Part shown: in pieces, positions 48,899 through 62,100 of the stretch
How positions within the stretch are numbered: position 1 is the first letter of the stretch
Layout: the number at the start of each line of letters is the position of its first letter
NCBI GenBank assembly: GCA_038496445.1
Contig: JALMLS010000474.1
Span: forward strand, 1 to 64,000
DNA: 64,000 bases
DNA from: Trichosphaerium sp. ATCC 40318
Lineage: Eukaryota > Protista > Tubulinea
Direction: 5' to 3'
Notes under the pieces: generated by a model
Databases searched by the model: none
Told to the model about the DNA's origin: nothing
The model's input: the letters and a program-made list of their open reading frames with translations, nothing else
Position numbers and translations under genes: made by a program

Positions 48899-50242
48899 TT
48901 ATTCTAGACCAACCATCTTCTTGCTTAGCGCCCAAAAATCTTTTGCCAGTTGTGGATCTGTAGCGTATTGTCTTGGTACAGCCACCTAAAAACACGTGAT
49001 CAATTTTTACTTTGGGTAACTAAACAAAAAATCATGTGGATTTTCAAATTAGCGTACGGCACAATTTTGAAAGTATTTACCACCTACACCATTTAAATCA
49101 GGCGAACACGCAACATATAAAGTAGTTGCTGCTCCTTGTGCTGGATTTTTTGATGCAAAAGGGAATAGACTCATAAAAAATGGAAGGATGCCTAGTTCTT
49201 TAAACAAGTTTGTTCGAACAACACCAGGCATTAGTGAGTTGACTGTAGTTGTTGATCCCTCTTGGGATAACTGACGTTGAAGTTCAACTGAAAATAATAT
49301 ATTCGCTGTCTTAGATGCGCCATAGGCCTTAATAGAGAGGTTAGAAATGAGGATAACGAACTCAAAAGCTGTCGAAGTTGGAACAAAATAGCAACTGTGT
49401 TATCACGTTTTCTTTTAGCTTTGATTTCCCATACCATCATCCAGGTATAACTGCGCTTTTCGAAGTTAATATCATCCAGTCTAACTCTACCAAATCCATG
49501 TGCTGATGAAGATAGAGAAACAATACGAGAATTAGGAGCGTTTTTAACAAGAGGTAGAACCAAATTAGTCAGAAGAAAATGTCCAAAATGATTGACGCCA
49601 ATATGCCTTTCAATTCCGTCTTTCGTTTCCCCCTTTGGTACTGCCATTATACCTATTCATACATGATTATCATATATTAATCTTAGAGGAAAAGCGAACG
49701 AAGAGTACCTGCATTCAGGATAAGAAAATCAATCTTTGTTTCTTTTTCCAAAAGCGTCTTCGCACATTCTCTCACAGAGTCAAGAGATTCCAAATCGAGC
49801 TATAACATAATTAACAATACATCTCTCATGTCACTACTTCTAGAGAGCGATATAGTAACGACTTGGATCAAAAAAGAGTCTTAAAAACCCAACGAAGTGC
49901 GAAACGTTTTCAGAAGAAAAACTGGTAAAACAGCCAACATTTGTACCTCTGTTATGTCAATATTAGCCTGAGGGAACAATCCTTTGATTTTTTTGACGGC
50001 TGTTTCTGCTTTTTCTTTGTTCCTACACGCCATGATAACTCTAGCGTTGTGTTTTACCAATACTCTGGCTGTTTCATACCCAATCCCAGCATTAGCGCCT
50101 ATATTATATCAAATAAGATGAGCATAGGCTAAATTGATGGATTACCAGTCACTAAAGCCACTTTATCGCTTAAATCAAGTTTGTAGTGTTCTGCTACATC
50201 ATCTGCCGTACTGTGGCTTCCCAAAGTAGCGCTATTGCCCAT
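48899..50242 (-). CDS. Short-chain dehydrogenase/reductase (retinol dehydrogenase/WWOX-like)
   Basis: VALVT|GANAGIG, LILNAG, GVNHFGHFLLT, RIVSLSS, YGASKTAN, QGAATTLY. Confidence 0.9.
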
Positions 50243-50670
50243 TGGAAGTGTGAGAGTTTAACACTGTTTTTGGGTTTTATCACGTGTGTTAAGTTGCGTA
50301 CTCATACTTAAATTGCTGTTGTTAAAAAAACACAGAATTTTCGCCTAAGTACTTGTTGTATAAGTTAGACTTCACTGAGAAACTGACAAGGTTAACAATG
50401 TACATGTACAGAACCGCCAAGAAAACTGCCTATTTTGACTCCTTTATGTTAGTGCAATTGCACCATCTATATCTATTACCCCTTTGAATCTATTAATGGT
50501 TGTATTTGCAGCGATCAAGGTAAACAAGAAAAAAGCCAAAAAAGAAAGTAACAACCAACACTGTAGCGTGAAGTAAGAAAATGTAACTTTAAAACCAATA
50601 AATCCAGCTAAACGTTGCTTAACTGCCATAGCCTTCAAAAGAGCAAAAAAGCGCGAGTGAGTTTGGTTCA

Positions 50671-53437
50671 TTATTTTTCGCTAGATGTCTTGTAGCTCAG
50701 AACGGCTGTCAAGAACTGGGTCTCTGGACTTATCAAAGTGAGATGATTAACATATTCACTTAGAATACGTATCCAGCTTTACAGCTATAAAATACAGAAG
50801 AGAATGGCTAAATTGTATTTGCAGAAAAAACAGGCTGTACACAACGTACGAAAATACCAAAACATTGTTGCACAATTGGCACCCAGAATTTCTTACAAAA
50901 TTTAGCATAAGAGCTTGAACTTCGTTCTAAACAAGTATTACAATACAATCTAGGTAATTGTGAAAAAAAAATAGTGTATGTACTGATAAGGCTCTTGTTT
51001 TTATACCATCATATGGGCATGGTTAAACATCAAGCAGGAGGTTCAAAAATAAGATGTTTTAGGCAGGAACAACTCATCTGGTATGTTCAAAAAATCCTCT
51101 TGGAATACGTCCTCACTAACAGCACCTCCCACATCCTTCGCTTGATCAGAATCTTCATCTTGTATATGAAAGAGCTTCTTTAAACTCTTTTTATCATACT
51201 GCAATCCATGGAAATCAGCTGTATCCATCAACGACCTATCCAATATGTCAAAATTGTTATCCAACAACAACAAAAAAAAATCTCTGCAAGAAAATTATGA
51301 GAATATATATACTAACCTCAATAATCTCTTACAAGGCTCTCCAGGAAATTTATTGAACATTTTCACCATCACCTAAAAAGGGCAAGTAAGTTTCAACCCA
51401 CAAGTTTAGTGGGAAATGGCCTAACAAAACAGTGGCATTTCCCACTGAATCCACGGAACTACCACGTGAAAATTTGGAACTAATCTATTTACCTCTTTCA
51501 CAAATTGTACATCTCCTCCATTTATTGCAATGAATCCAATATCATGTATAAGATGTAAGTGTGTAGGGCATCCTTCCGGATATACAGAGTAATCATTGAA
51601 TACATGCCTCGCACGCTAAAAAAAATGAAAAAAAAAATGACAAAAAGAGAAAAAAAACATAATGTTGCCATACCTTTACAGCTTCATTTACTTGCCCTCC
51701 TGCAAAGTATACAATAGCATATAAACTAGCGCATATGGCTCCATAACTAACCCAGAACTCAGGGTGTGTACTTTGTTCAATATTTGACGTTATATCCTTC
51801 ATTACAGCTAGCTCGTAAAGAAACTGTGCGAATTCGTCTTGCGACTTTAATATAAAAAAAAAATCAACCAATTGATTTCTGAAAGGAGCAAAAAGAATAT
51901 TTGCTAGTGTACAATCTCGCATAGGCGGAACCCATTTTCAGTTTCAACAGAAATTGTCATCCAAATCTAAAAATAAAATAACAAGTTAGGTCACTTACAG
52001 CTAGCTGTAACTAAATGGATATTCCTACCCTGCCTAAAGAACACCACATAAGCTGCATCTTAAGAGGTACAGATGCCTTCACTGGATTTGCAAAAGCAAA
52101 TCCGAGCTCTTTTCTAAACAACGACAGCTTCTGTCGTTCCTTCCCCCTAAACATTTTATTTTATCAATATATTCTAATGGTACAAGAGCTTACCTGTTTG
52201 TAAAGATATGATGAGTGAATAGCCTACATCGTCGTTCTATAGTATGCAAATAGTCGAGAGATTTATACAAGGGGTCTTTCACAAGTTCACAAAGCATGTC
52301 TAGTGTGTATTAGTGTCGTATGCTTGAAAAAGAACGTTTAATAGCAAAAACTACAGCTGTAAAAATAACTACTTTCTTCATGTTCGCTTAACTACCACCG
52401 CAGAAAAAATGACACTTTTTCACCCCATTTTGTTAAGTGAACATGAAGAAAATATTTATTTTAACGGCAGCTTTGTGAGTTAACGTACCGCATCCTTTCT
52501 TTGTGTAGTCGGAAATACATTCCGGTCCTTCAAAGAATCCGCACCCTTTGCCCAAAAGAACTAGACCAGCTTTTAAAATGGTTAGCAGGACAGCTGTTTA
52601 CAATGAAATACAAAAGAGCTTACTGGCAACACTGGGATGTGTTGTGTCTTCCAAGTTTATAGACAATTGTTCACATGCTTCTAACAACTTCATTGAAGCT
52701 TCTACATGTGAATCTTGGGCACCAATTGCAAGTATACTAAGAACTTCAAATACTTGAGGTTCACCCGACAAAACTTTTACATTGTAAGAAAGGAGTCATT
52801 ACAATTAAACCCATGACGTACTAGTACAAGTTTCAAACAGTTCATTGACAACCTGTGAGTTCCAGTGACGTACAGGTACAGCCTAGAGTGTATCAGAATG
52901 GAGCTGGGTCTGTATATGAGTCAACAAACAAATAGAACAGTTCGTACATAACGTGGGTAATATTTTCTCTGATACGCACCCAGCCATATTGTAACACAAG
53001 CTGTAACGTTTAAATCAGCGCATAGTTTTAGTAATCTAGTCTTACAGAAGTGTCAGAATAAAACAAAAAAAGTTGGAAGAAAAACCCAACAAATACCTGC
53101 TTGCTCTGCGCGGTCGTACTATACATTTTACGCCAATGAGCTATTTCGCGTTCTTGCAAAGCCAATTGCTCTTTTAATTTCTGTATCGTTGGTGGAGTCC
53201 CTTTTCGCTTGTTATTTTACTATAACATAGAACAGGTAACGCACCCTTGCTTGGACCTCTTTTCTTTTTTATTGGGTAAACACAAGCAATGTTTTTTTGT
53301 AAACAACGTGTACATGGCGAATCTTGGCTGCATTTCGCGTGACTCTTCCTACAAGCAACACAAGCGCGGCTACTTCTTGTCCGTTTTCCAGACGATGTAC
53401 TAACGCGTCGTTTTTTAGCCGGTGGAGGTATGGACAT
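50671..53437 (-). CDS. Zn(II)2Cys6 binuclear-cluster transcription factor, multi-exon
   Basis: ACVACRKSHAKCSQDSPCTRCLQKNIACVYP..KKRGP; downstream helical exons; stop at 50671-50673. Confidence 0.8.
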
Positions 53438-54385
53438 TATTGCGAACTCGCTGGAGCTGCTCAAAATTTTTTTCCCTCAATGCTATCGAAATGGCAATTC
53501 ATGAAAAAGAAACTTGAGCTGACTTTACAAAACGAGATACATAGGCCAACTATGGCAAAAAAAAACATCAACTAGCTTATAAGTACCAGTTGTGCAGTGC
53601 GGTATGGAACATCATAAATGTACTCAAATGCCTTTGGTGGAGCCTAAAATACACAAAAAAGTGTGACACTTTGATCAATAGGTTTTTTTTGGATCTTTTT
53701 TTGTGAACTCGTGAAAACTGTGCTTACGTCACACTGAAAGGTACAGTAGTTGTGAAAGTATGTACAAGCAATTCAAATAATGTCATTGGTAGTGAAGGAA
53801 GATCTCAGCCAAATTCCTGCTAAAGCCGTTGAACATACGCAATAAACCTGTTGCGCTCAATGTAAAGCGGAAATAGAGTGTCCAACTGTAGAATACAAAA
53901 ATCACAAAAATCTCTCTGTACTGCCACTGTTACGCATAAAGCAAAAAACCTAGGTACTTGATACTCCAAGTAACGGAAGTTGCCATGGAACAATTTTAAG
54001 GTGAAAAAGCCCTCAAGAAGTTTATACTGGTGCTAGAGACCCTGAGGGTATCATCAAATAGGTACAAGACTAACCAGGACCCAAACTACTGTTTCTTGAT
54101 AGTACGACACTGTAATTTGTACTTAACTGTGTCAAACGCTAGCACCAATTGTTACATTTTCGCATGGAACAGTATTTCATGCAACGCCTGTCGTAAGCAA
54201 AAGGCTCTTTTTTTTTGAAGCGAAGTAGCACAATTGCAAAAAAATCACGTGCGTTAAAAAGACGTCACTAACTTAAATAATGCTTTGCAAGCTTCTGATA
54301 AGATTTCTTTTTACTTGTACAACTTAGAAAAAAGCCCATACAATCCAGTGCTAGCTTGCAGTCTACAATACAACTATTCAATTAT

Positions 54386-55259
54386 TTACAAATTTGCTAC
54401 AACGTCAGGATCCGAACTATCCTTAGCCCCATGTTTAATAAGCAAATCGACAATGTCTTGTTGATTCAGCTCTTTAGCCAACATTAAAACACTGCGTTTG
54501 ATATCTTCTATTTTTAAAACATAGCGGTCACCAACCTCATGCTCCTTGGTGTACTTTGCATTTGCATTAGCCCCTCCACTCTATTGTAAACAATAAACTT
54601 TAAGCTTTGTAGTAATGAGACAGTACCAGTAAGATACGAACAATATCAATATTCTTCCTTTCCACAGCTGTGTACAGCAAAGGTGTTATCTCACACTTCC
54701 ATTCTGCGTCCCTATGATAGTATCGTGATCCACTTTTGAATTCTGACACTTGAATATAGGTATTAGCCTAAGACAAAACGTTAACCCAAAGGTGTCTGTA
54801 ACAGCTTAGTAAGAGGTGGGCTTAATGATTAAAAAATGACATGTTTTTAAATTTGAAAAACCCTTAAAAATCATAGGTTCATAGCCTTAGCCTGTGGTTA
54901 ACCGGTTAAGAATCTTTGCAACCACCTAAGCCGCAAATGGAACTTGACAATTTCTAGACTTAGTACATACCACTATTGTCCCGTGCATAGTTGTTAAGTA
55001 CTTAACACGCTCAACATCGTCTTTCTTGACAGACAAGAAGATGAAAGGATTTTCGCTTCTGAAACCTTTTCTCCACATGAGCACGTGCCAAAGAGTATTA
55101 ACACAAGAAGCAATGCGTTTGTTTTTTATATCCAGGTAGTCAAATACGACGTCTAAAACCTGTTGAACAGCTATTGTTAGTAAACGGAGTATTTACGAGT
55201 TAATAAGTCACCTCTGGTATTTGTAGACAATTAAGAGGTACTGCTGAGGTGCTTTCCAT
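54386..55259 (-). CDS. F-box + ankyrin-repeat protein
   Basis: CLQIPE|VLDVVFDYLD...SCVNTLW (F-box); TPLLYTAVERKNIDIVRILL|SGGANAN and QDIVDLLIKHGA (ankyrin). Confidence 0.75.
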
Positions 55260-55556
55260 CTTTAATTCTTCGTTTTTATGAAACGGCTAAGACTGTGTAA
55301 AGTATTCACAGAAACTTTTGTTTTTAGTTCTTTTGGTAGGATGGCAATTAATCGTTTTAACGGAATCAGACTTTGTGTACCTAACCACAATTTTTTGTAT
55401 CGGTATAGTGTACCTGTAGTGTCAAGTCCTATGGATTACAGTTCACCAATATTAGTTACATTTTGCTGAAACACATCTATATTGTGCATTTTATTGCAAA
55501 GTCAATTTAGTGAGGTTGATACAAACGTCAACAAACACCGTCACAAGCATGGATAA

Positions 55557-55650
55557 GATGAATAATGTAGGTGCAACAATTGATGAAATAGATAAAGTCC
55601 AAATAGATCTTACCTTTAGTTGAGGGAAAGCATTGCAAAGAATAACTACA
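55557..55650 (+). pseudogene. Decayed fragment of the SAM-like last exon of the RCC1 family
   Basis: GATGAATAATGTAGGTGCAACAATTGATGAAATAGATAAAG...ATAGATCTT...TGAGGGAA matches the reverse complement of about 7125-7232, with indels. Confidence 0.7.
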
Positions 55651-55821
55651 AGGTGTTTTTAAGCTAATATTATTGTGTACAAAAAGAAATAATTACATTC
55701 TTTACAGCAACACCTTTATTAGACATGGAGTCTACAAAGTTGGGTGTTTATTGAGTAAGGAATTGTGACCTTTTTCTTTTCTCTTGATGATTATTTATTC
55801 GACTACATAGTAAATTGTAAA

Positions 55822-58800
55822 CTACTTGACAATTGTCACATGCGACTTTGGGAACGCTCCAGTACGTCCTAAAAAAAATTAGTGAGTAACGTGCCATACG
55901 CGTAGAGTGGTTCCAAACAATTTCTCAAAACAGCCACGTAGTGGCTGCAACAACACAACAATGTAGACGATATTAATTCTCTCTTTACCTTTGAATTCTC
56001 CTTGCCAGGTCATGCCTGTACCCTTTTGAAGGACATTGATCTGATCTCCTTTTTTGAAAGATAACTCCCTAGCATTCTTTGCAGTATATGCCATCGTAGC
56101 TTGTGCAATGGCAATTGTACCAGGTGCTAAAGGAAACAATTGAGAACGAAAAGACTAAAAGAGGAAAAACGACATACCTTTCGCTTGTACACTTCGGTTG
56201 ATTTGACGTGGCCTTGCAGAAGGTGGCTCTACGTACCTACGTAGAGTTTAAGCGCTGATTCGAGAATTTTAAAAACAAAAGATAAACGTACTTTCTGTGT
56301 CTTGTGCGACCAGCTTCTTTGTCCAAACCTGGAGGTACAGCGATATTCAGAGAGCTTCCTGTGCTACTGAATTTGACTTCTTGTATTTTATCATCTGATG
56401 TTGCAGCAACCTTCCTTTTTCTGCCTTTGGAGTTCTTGTACTCAATACTACGATACAGAGTAAGCATCATCCATAAAAAAAAACCAACAACAAATTGCTA
56501 CCGCTTACTTGTCTTCAAAATTGACGGGAATAGGCTTGCTCGTCTTCTCTTTACATAGCTCAGAAAGTAATGTAACAATTTCGACCTTCTTATCAGAGTA
56601 CAATACAATGTCCTCTTTAGCCATGCGAAGGACATGTGCGCCATCTTGGAGTGTCGTTACAGTGATACCAGTGATATCGGTGATTGGGTATCTACATGAA
56701 AGAAGATGAGTATCAGATGCAGAAAACGGCTCCTGTTGAGGAAGTATAGCCACCACTCTCTTTTTTGGAGTAAAAAGAAAAAGGTCGTGGCTGTCGCCTA
56801 CTTACGCTAAAACCTTCGTCTTGAAGAAATTACCCCAGACAATAGTGAGTTTATCATCAGAAACAACGCAGAGTCTCTTTTGGAACTTTTTACCACGCTT
56901 ATCGATGACTTTAAGTTTGTCAGCAAAGAATATCTTGTCAACGTTTATCTTCTTCTTTATCTTAGCCATAGACGATTTTCCCATACCAACATAGTCACCA
57001 GAGAAAGATCGGAATACAGTATCAGCACGGCGTTCCTTTTTCCCCAAAAGATACCAGCCGAAGCGTATACAGCCTTCTTGTAGAATGCTCTACCACGGCA
57101 TTGACGCCAAGTACGTTGAATTACTTTAACAATCTCATGAAGTTTCTGAACGCGCATTTCCTCAAACGTAAACAACTAATGTCGTGTTAACCATCTTTAC
57201 AGAGGGTACATTCGTAACGTACTGTTCTTGGTTCGCGAATGAAAACCTTTGTTTTACCCATTTTATAGCTCTCTTCTGGTACTTCAAGATACTTAAACAA
57301 TAGCATAACACCGTCTTTTGGTGTGCCACTGTAGTTTGGCCAAGTATCTTTGCAAATCATCTACACGCCAATTAGAACGCTCTAAAGCCAGTAAAAACTC
57401 ACCTTGAATCGTTGCAAGAAAGTCTCAAATAACTGACGGTACGCGTAGCCAGCACGACGAACTCTAGAATCAAATTAGCTTCAATTGTATACAAACAGAT
57501 AATAGAGCACATACCTAACGTTTTCTAACAATCCAAGGTAGCGGACTTGATTAGCTGATAAGTCATCCTCGAAAGTTTTTGGTTTTTTGATACTGTTAGG
57601 ACGGATGCATCTAATATAGTGCGGACTGCATGACATTAAGGTATTCATTAAACCAACTACTTGTCTACATAAAAGTTAGTACAAAGTACCTCTTCATACT
57701 CTACGCACTGTTTGAATTGTTGTGTAGCAGTTGGTGGACGCTGTTTTGAGCGAGCTTCTTGAGGGAACAAATCAACAAGGAATTTTGTTGTAGATTTGCT
57801 GAGCATAGCTGTAAGGTTGCTAAAAAGCGTATCCTAGTATTGTAAGCACATTACTGATACCAAGAAAATCATAAAAAAAAAAAGCCATAACATCACTCTC
57901 TACCTTGTTTTTATCGAGAAAGCCATCTAATAAGCCGTAAGAGATTAATCAATGTAAATAATTGTTCGTACCAACAGTATAAGTAACTGTACCAGCATAA
58001 TGCTCAAGTGTGAACATATTAGAGTTACCTTTATGCGCATCAGCCTTAAAGTAACTACTCTTGCATTGTCTGTTCAATTTCTATTCAAAGAAATAAGAAA
58101 AACGTAAATCAATATTGATTGAGTCTTGTAGACTTACCTGTAAAAACGAGGCATCAGTTCCTCGTGGGAAAATAGACTCTTCGTTCAATATATCAAAAAT
58201 ACCGTTCTTGGCTTCAACAAGATCGACACAAGGCTTATTGTTGAAGTATTTTACAGCTTCCCATGGAATACCCTCACGGACGTATTCCTCTTGTTCAGAC
58301 TTTAATGTCAACTCAATGAAAATTTGTTGTAAACGCTCATTCACGTAGTTGATACATAATTGTTCAAAACTGTTCGTCTGGAAGATTTCTACACAAAAAA
58401 AATTGTCAATCAAACAACAAATAAAACTCCAGGCATACCAAAACCATAGATATCGAGTACACCAATGTTAAATTCAGCAGTACGATCACATATATTGTTA
58501 TTTATGCTATTTACAAGCCAATCGAACAATCGTGAATAGAGAGCCTGACAAGGAGGTAAGCAAAAGAAACAACATAACCTTTAAAACTTACCTTGGCGAG
58601 TGAGTCGCGGGTATCTGTTGCTTGTTCTGGGTTGAGTGGCGTCTTAATACCTCCCTCAATAGAAACCATACGTTGTGTAAGTGCTTCAGCCAAACTGGCT
58701 TCAGTGGTGCCCAAAAGCTTTGCTGCGAATTGCATGCTTTGACCTCCTTTTGCAATAGCTTTGTCTCCTTGCTTATCAAACTCAATATTACCCAAATGCA

Positions 58801-60778
58801 AGATAGCTGCTAGTAAACGAAATACAGTCTTCGACTCTTCTTCTGGAATACCGAGTACACTCATTGCACGCTACGCGAAGTCAAATTTTGTTCGCCCAAA
58901 AAGTTTTTTTGAAGAATAGTCTCAACACGTACTCTAGTACTATCAAATTCTGCTTTATCAGATACCTATCAACACCATAAGATGAGAAATAGCGAAAAAA
59001 GACAAAAAAAGAGAAACGTACACCTGGTACTTCTGTACATTCGGATTTGTTCAAATAATTATAATCAGCTGGCGTACCAAGGCCCATTTCACCTGGAGAG
59101 CGAAGGGTAAACACAAGAAATAAGAAAAGAAAAAAAGGGGATGACAAAACAAAGACGCAATGACGTACTCTTCTCTTGTGAAGTTACACCTGCCAATAAC
59201 TGATAAAAAATATGAAAACTACGCTCGCCAGTAGCTTGTCTCACTACGCGACTCTACAACAAAACCTCGTCAACAAACAGCTACAAGAAGGCATATTCTC
59301 TATTAGCTTACCTTCTCAAGCAAGTAGTTTGTGATTCGACCTCCAATAGGATCTCCGCCGTAGTTAAATTGAATCTCGAAGTATTTACCCTTGTATTGCA
59401 TTAGTTTTAAGTCTTTTAAACAAAGTAAAAGAAACAACTTACAAATCTGGACGAATTATCATTCTGAACTGTTTTGGCGTTTCCAAACGCCTCTAAATAC
59501 TGTATTAATACATTGAATAGCTCAACAAAATGTCCACCAAACAGCAAAATTCCTTTTAAACATTTCCGATGTGAAACTAACCAGCAAAGCGACTGTGTCG
59601 ATTTTTGATAGCGAGACTGCCTTTACGGCCATAAAATAAAAACAAAAAGGTACCTAGAACTGGATTCGATTCCAAGATTTGTTGTTTTACACGCTCTACT
59701 TCCTTTGATTTACCTGTCACATCAGCAATGTACTGCATAATAAGCTTGCTAGTCTCCTAAAGGCAATACGTTGGTCAAAATGAAAATGTCTTCTACAACC
59801 AAATGAAGGAAGAGAGAGCAAAAAAAAAAATCGAGTAGTTTGATTGCCAAGTGTCACTCATAAAAACACCAACAACGTACTGTTTTTCCACTACCACTCT
59901 CACCGCTAAAGAAAAAAAAGTTAATTATTTTAGTTTACAAACAAAATGGCACCTATCATGACTTGTCATGTATAAGGACACATTTTATTGACAAAAAAAA
60001 ACGTACGTAATAATAATACATTGATTTAAGCCTTCAGACAACAATGAGCGCTAGATTATTATAAATACGATATTCAACACACTAAATAGATGATTTAGAG
60101 CGTACATAAGCGTCCTCAGCCTACAATAGAAACATTAGGAATGCGCGTAAGGCGAAAATCAGATTATTGAAACAGCGACAAACAGAGAGAAATATTTTAA
60201 GCAAGTAATCGTAATACGGTATCATTCAGTATACCACAGACGATTTTTTTTAATTTGGATTGGGTGACCAAACGGAGAGTGCACAAAAAAAAAATGTAAC
60301 AAAAAGTTGCATAGTTTAATTTGTAGCGCCATTGATACATAAATACCAATGATACTGAGCAGAATTCGAACAAAAAAGCTACAAAAAAACGTACAATAGC
60401 GTAAACGTGAGGTCCTTCTTCGTAGATATACCGACCAGAGTACGTCTTTACCTTTTATAGCAGTAAGAGACCTCGCCGTTAGCAAGATTAAAAAGTACCT
60501 GCGATTTGCCATATAAACCAGGTATAAGGCGGTATGGATTTACTGCTACCAGTACATGACCAATGTACGTCTTGTTTTGGTGTTAAGGTTGCGAAACTTG
60601 CGAAAACTTCCACGTACGTAGATTAAATCGCCAGTGTACCTCGACTTTAGCGCCTCAAGAATAGAGTCTTGCGATATGTTATCGAGCAGCACTAAATCAT
60701 CAGTGCCAATATTCTTGCCTCCCTTTTCGGTATTGAGTTTTTGGTGGTGTTGAGAAGGTTTAAAAAAGGTACCTGCAT
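55822..60778 (-). CDS. Class I myosin (motor, IQ, TH1, short linker, SH3)
   Basis: [71 protein letters not shown]3 [10 protein letters not shown]...WQG...GAFP; more than 25 short introns. Confidence 0.95.
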
Positions 60779-60881
60779 GGCGACTAGAACAGTTTGAGAG
60801 TGTGGGTAACGCTGAACGATCGCTTTATTTGATTCCGAAATGACTTTTTGTGACCGGCATAATAGTTGGTTTGTAGGCGAT

Positions 60882-62032
60882 ATGCTGTACAGGGTTGCGA
60901 TACGCGCTAGCACAACAGCCAAGCGGGCAGCTACGCCAACTATTGTAGCACGAACCAAGAGAACGCAAGCTTACAAAGACAAACATGAAGTACATACTAA
61001 ATCAATGCGTGCTGAGGCGAAAGCGCTCCTAAGCGTATCAAAAATGCGTGTAAGCATTTATCCTCCTCTACTCAGCTTAGACGAGACGAAATTATCCACT
61101 GCTGATTGGTTAACGCACTACAAAGGCGAACAACGCGTATGCGCTTTGAAACAAAATTAAACTCTTAAACCTTACTCCCTACAGACAACCGCGTGGTTGA
61201 AACACCACAATATCATCCCAGACATTATGAATGAGTTCTCACCAAAGATACACTTGAAAGTACAATACAAGAACAACAGGACAGTTTACCGCGGTAACGC
61301 ACTTATGCCACCAGAGGTAGGCGTCATTTAAAATAATTTTGAACAAAAAACTAAAAAGCAAAAAAAGGTTGCAGAGCAACCAAACGTATGGTGGGACGCC
61401 ACAGATGATTTACACACACTTGTACGTTTGTATAGAGCTCTAAACAAATAACAATTTCTTGATGGTCAAAGCAACTAAAATGTCTTCCTACAGGTGATGA
61501 CTGACCCAGATATTCCACATCGTCACTACCATTGGAAAACAGAGACACTCCATTGGCTAGTAGTTAATGTAAAAGGAGGTGACATAAGCACAGGAACGGT
61601 TGTTTCACCTTACAAATCTCCAGAACCAGGAAGATATTTAGGTACAAAAAACTGATCATTTGTACTCTTGTTGTCAACGCATTTTCGTTTTACTCTCGTG
61701 TAACGTACTAAACTGACTGTTTCTGGGTAGGTGTACATAAGTATAACTTTGCTTTGTACGCACAAGCGTCAGAGATTGACGTTAACAAACTTGGTGAGTT
61801 ACCTGATGTTTTCAGCTCCAAGTCGTTTATAAAGGAAAATAAGCTTAAACCTCGTGGCGCTGCTATGTTTAGAAGCGCTTGGATGAAGGGTGCAGCTTAT
61901 GAACAAGAAAAAGATGTCAGCGGTTTTGAACGTATTCCTTCTCTTAAGAATATTGATGTAGATGAAGTATACGATGAGCTGTATCATACTAAGAACGAAG
62001 AAGCTGAAAAAGAAAAGCAGCGAGAAATGTAA
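60882..62032 (+). CDS. PEBP-family protein with mitochondrial-type presequence (mL38-like)
   Basis: Arg/Ala-rich N-terminus; VMTDPDIP, LHWLVVNV, PYKSPEP, GVHKYNFALY. Confidence 0.75.
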
Positions 62033-62100
62033 AGACTTTAAAAAAATATGTCAAAAAAAACGTCTAGAACAAATCATTAATTGATTCTACGGAGTGAAGC

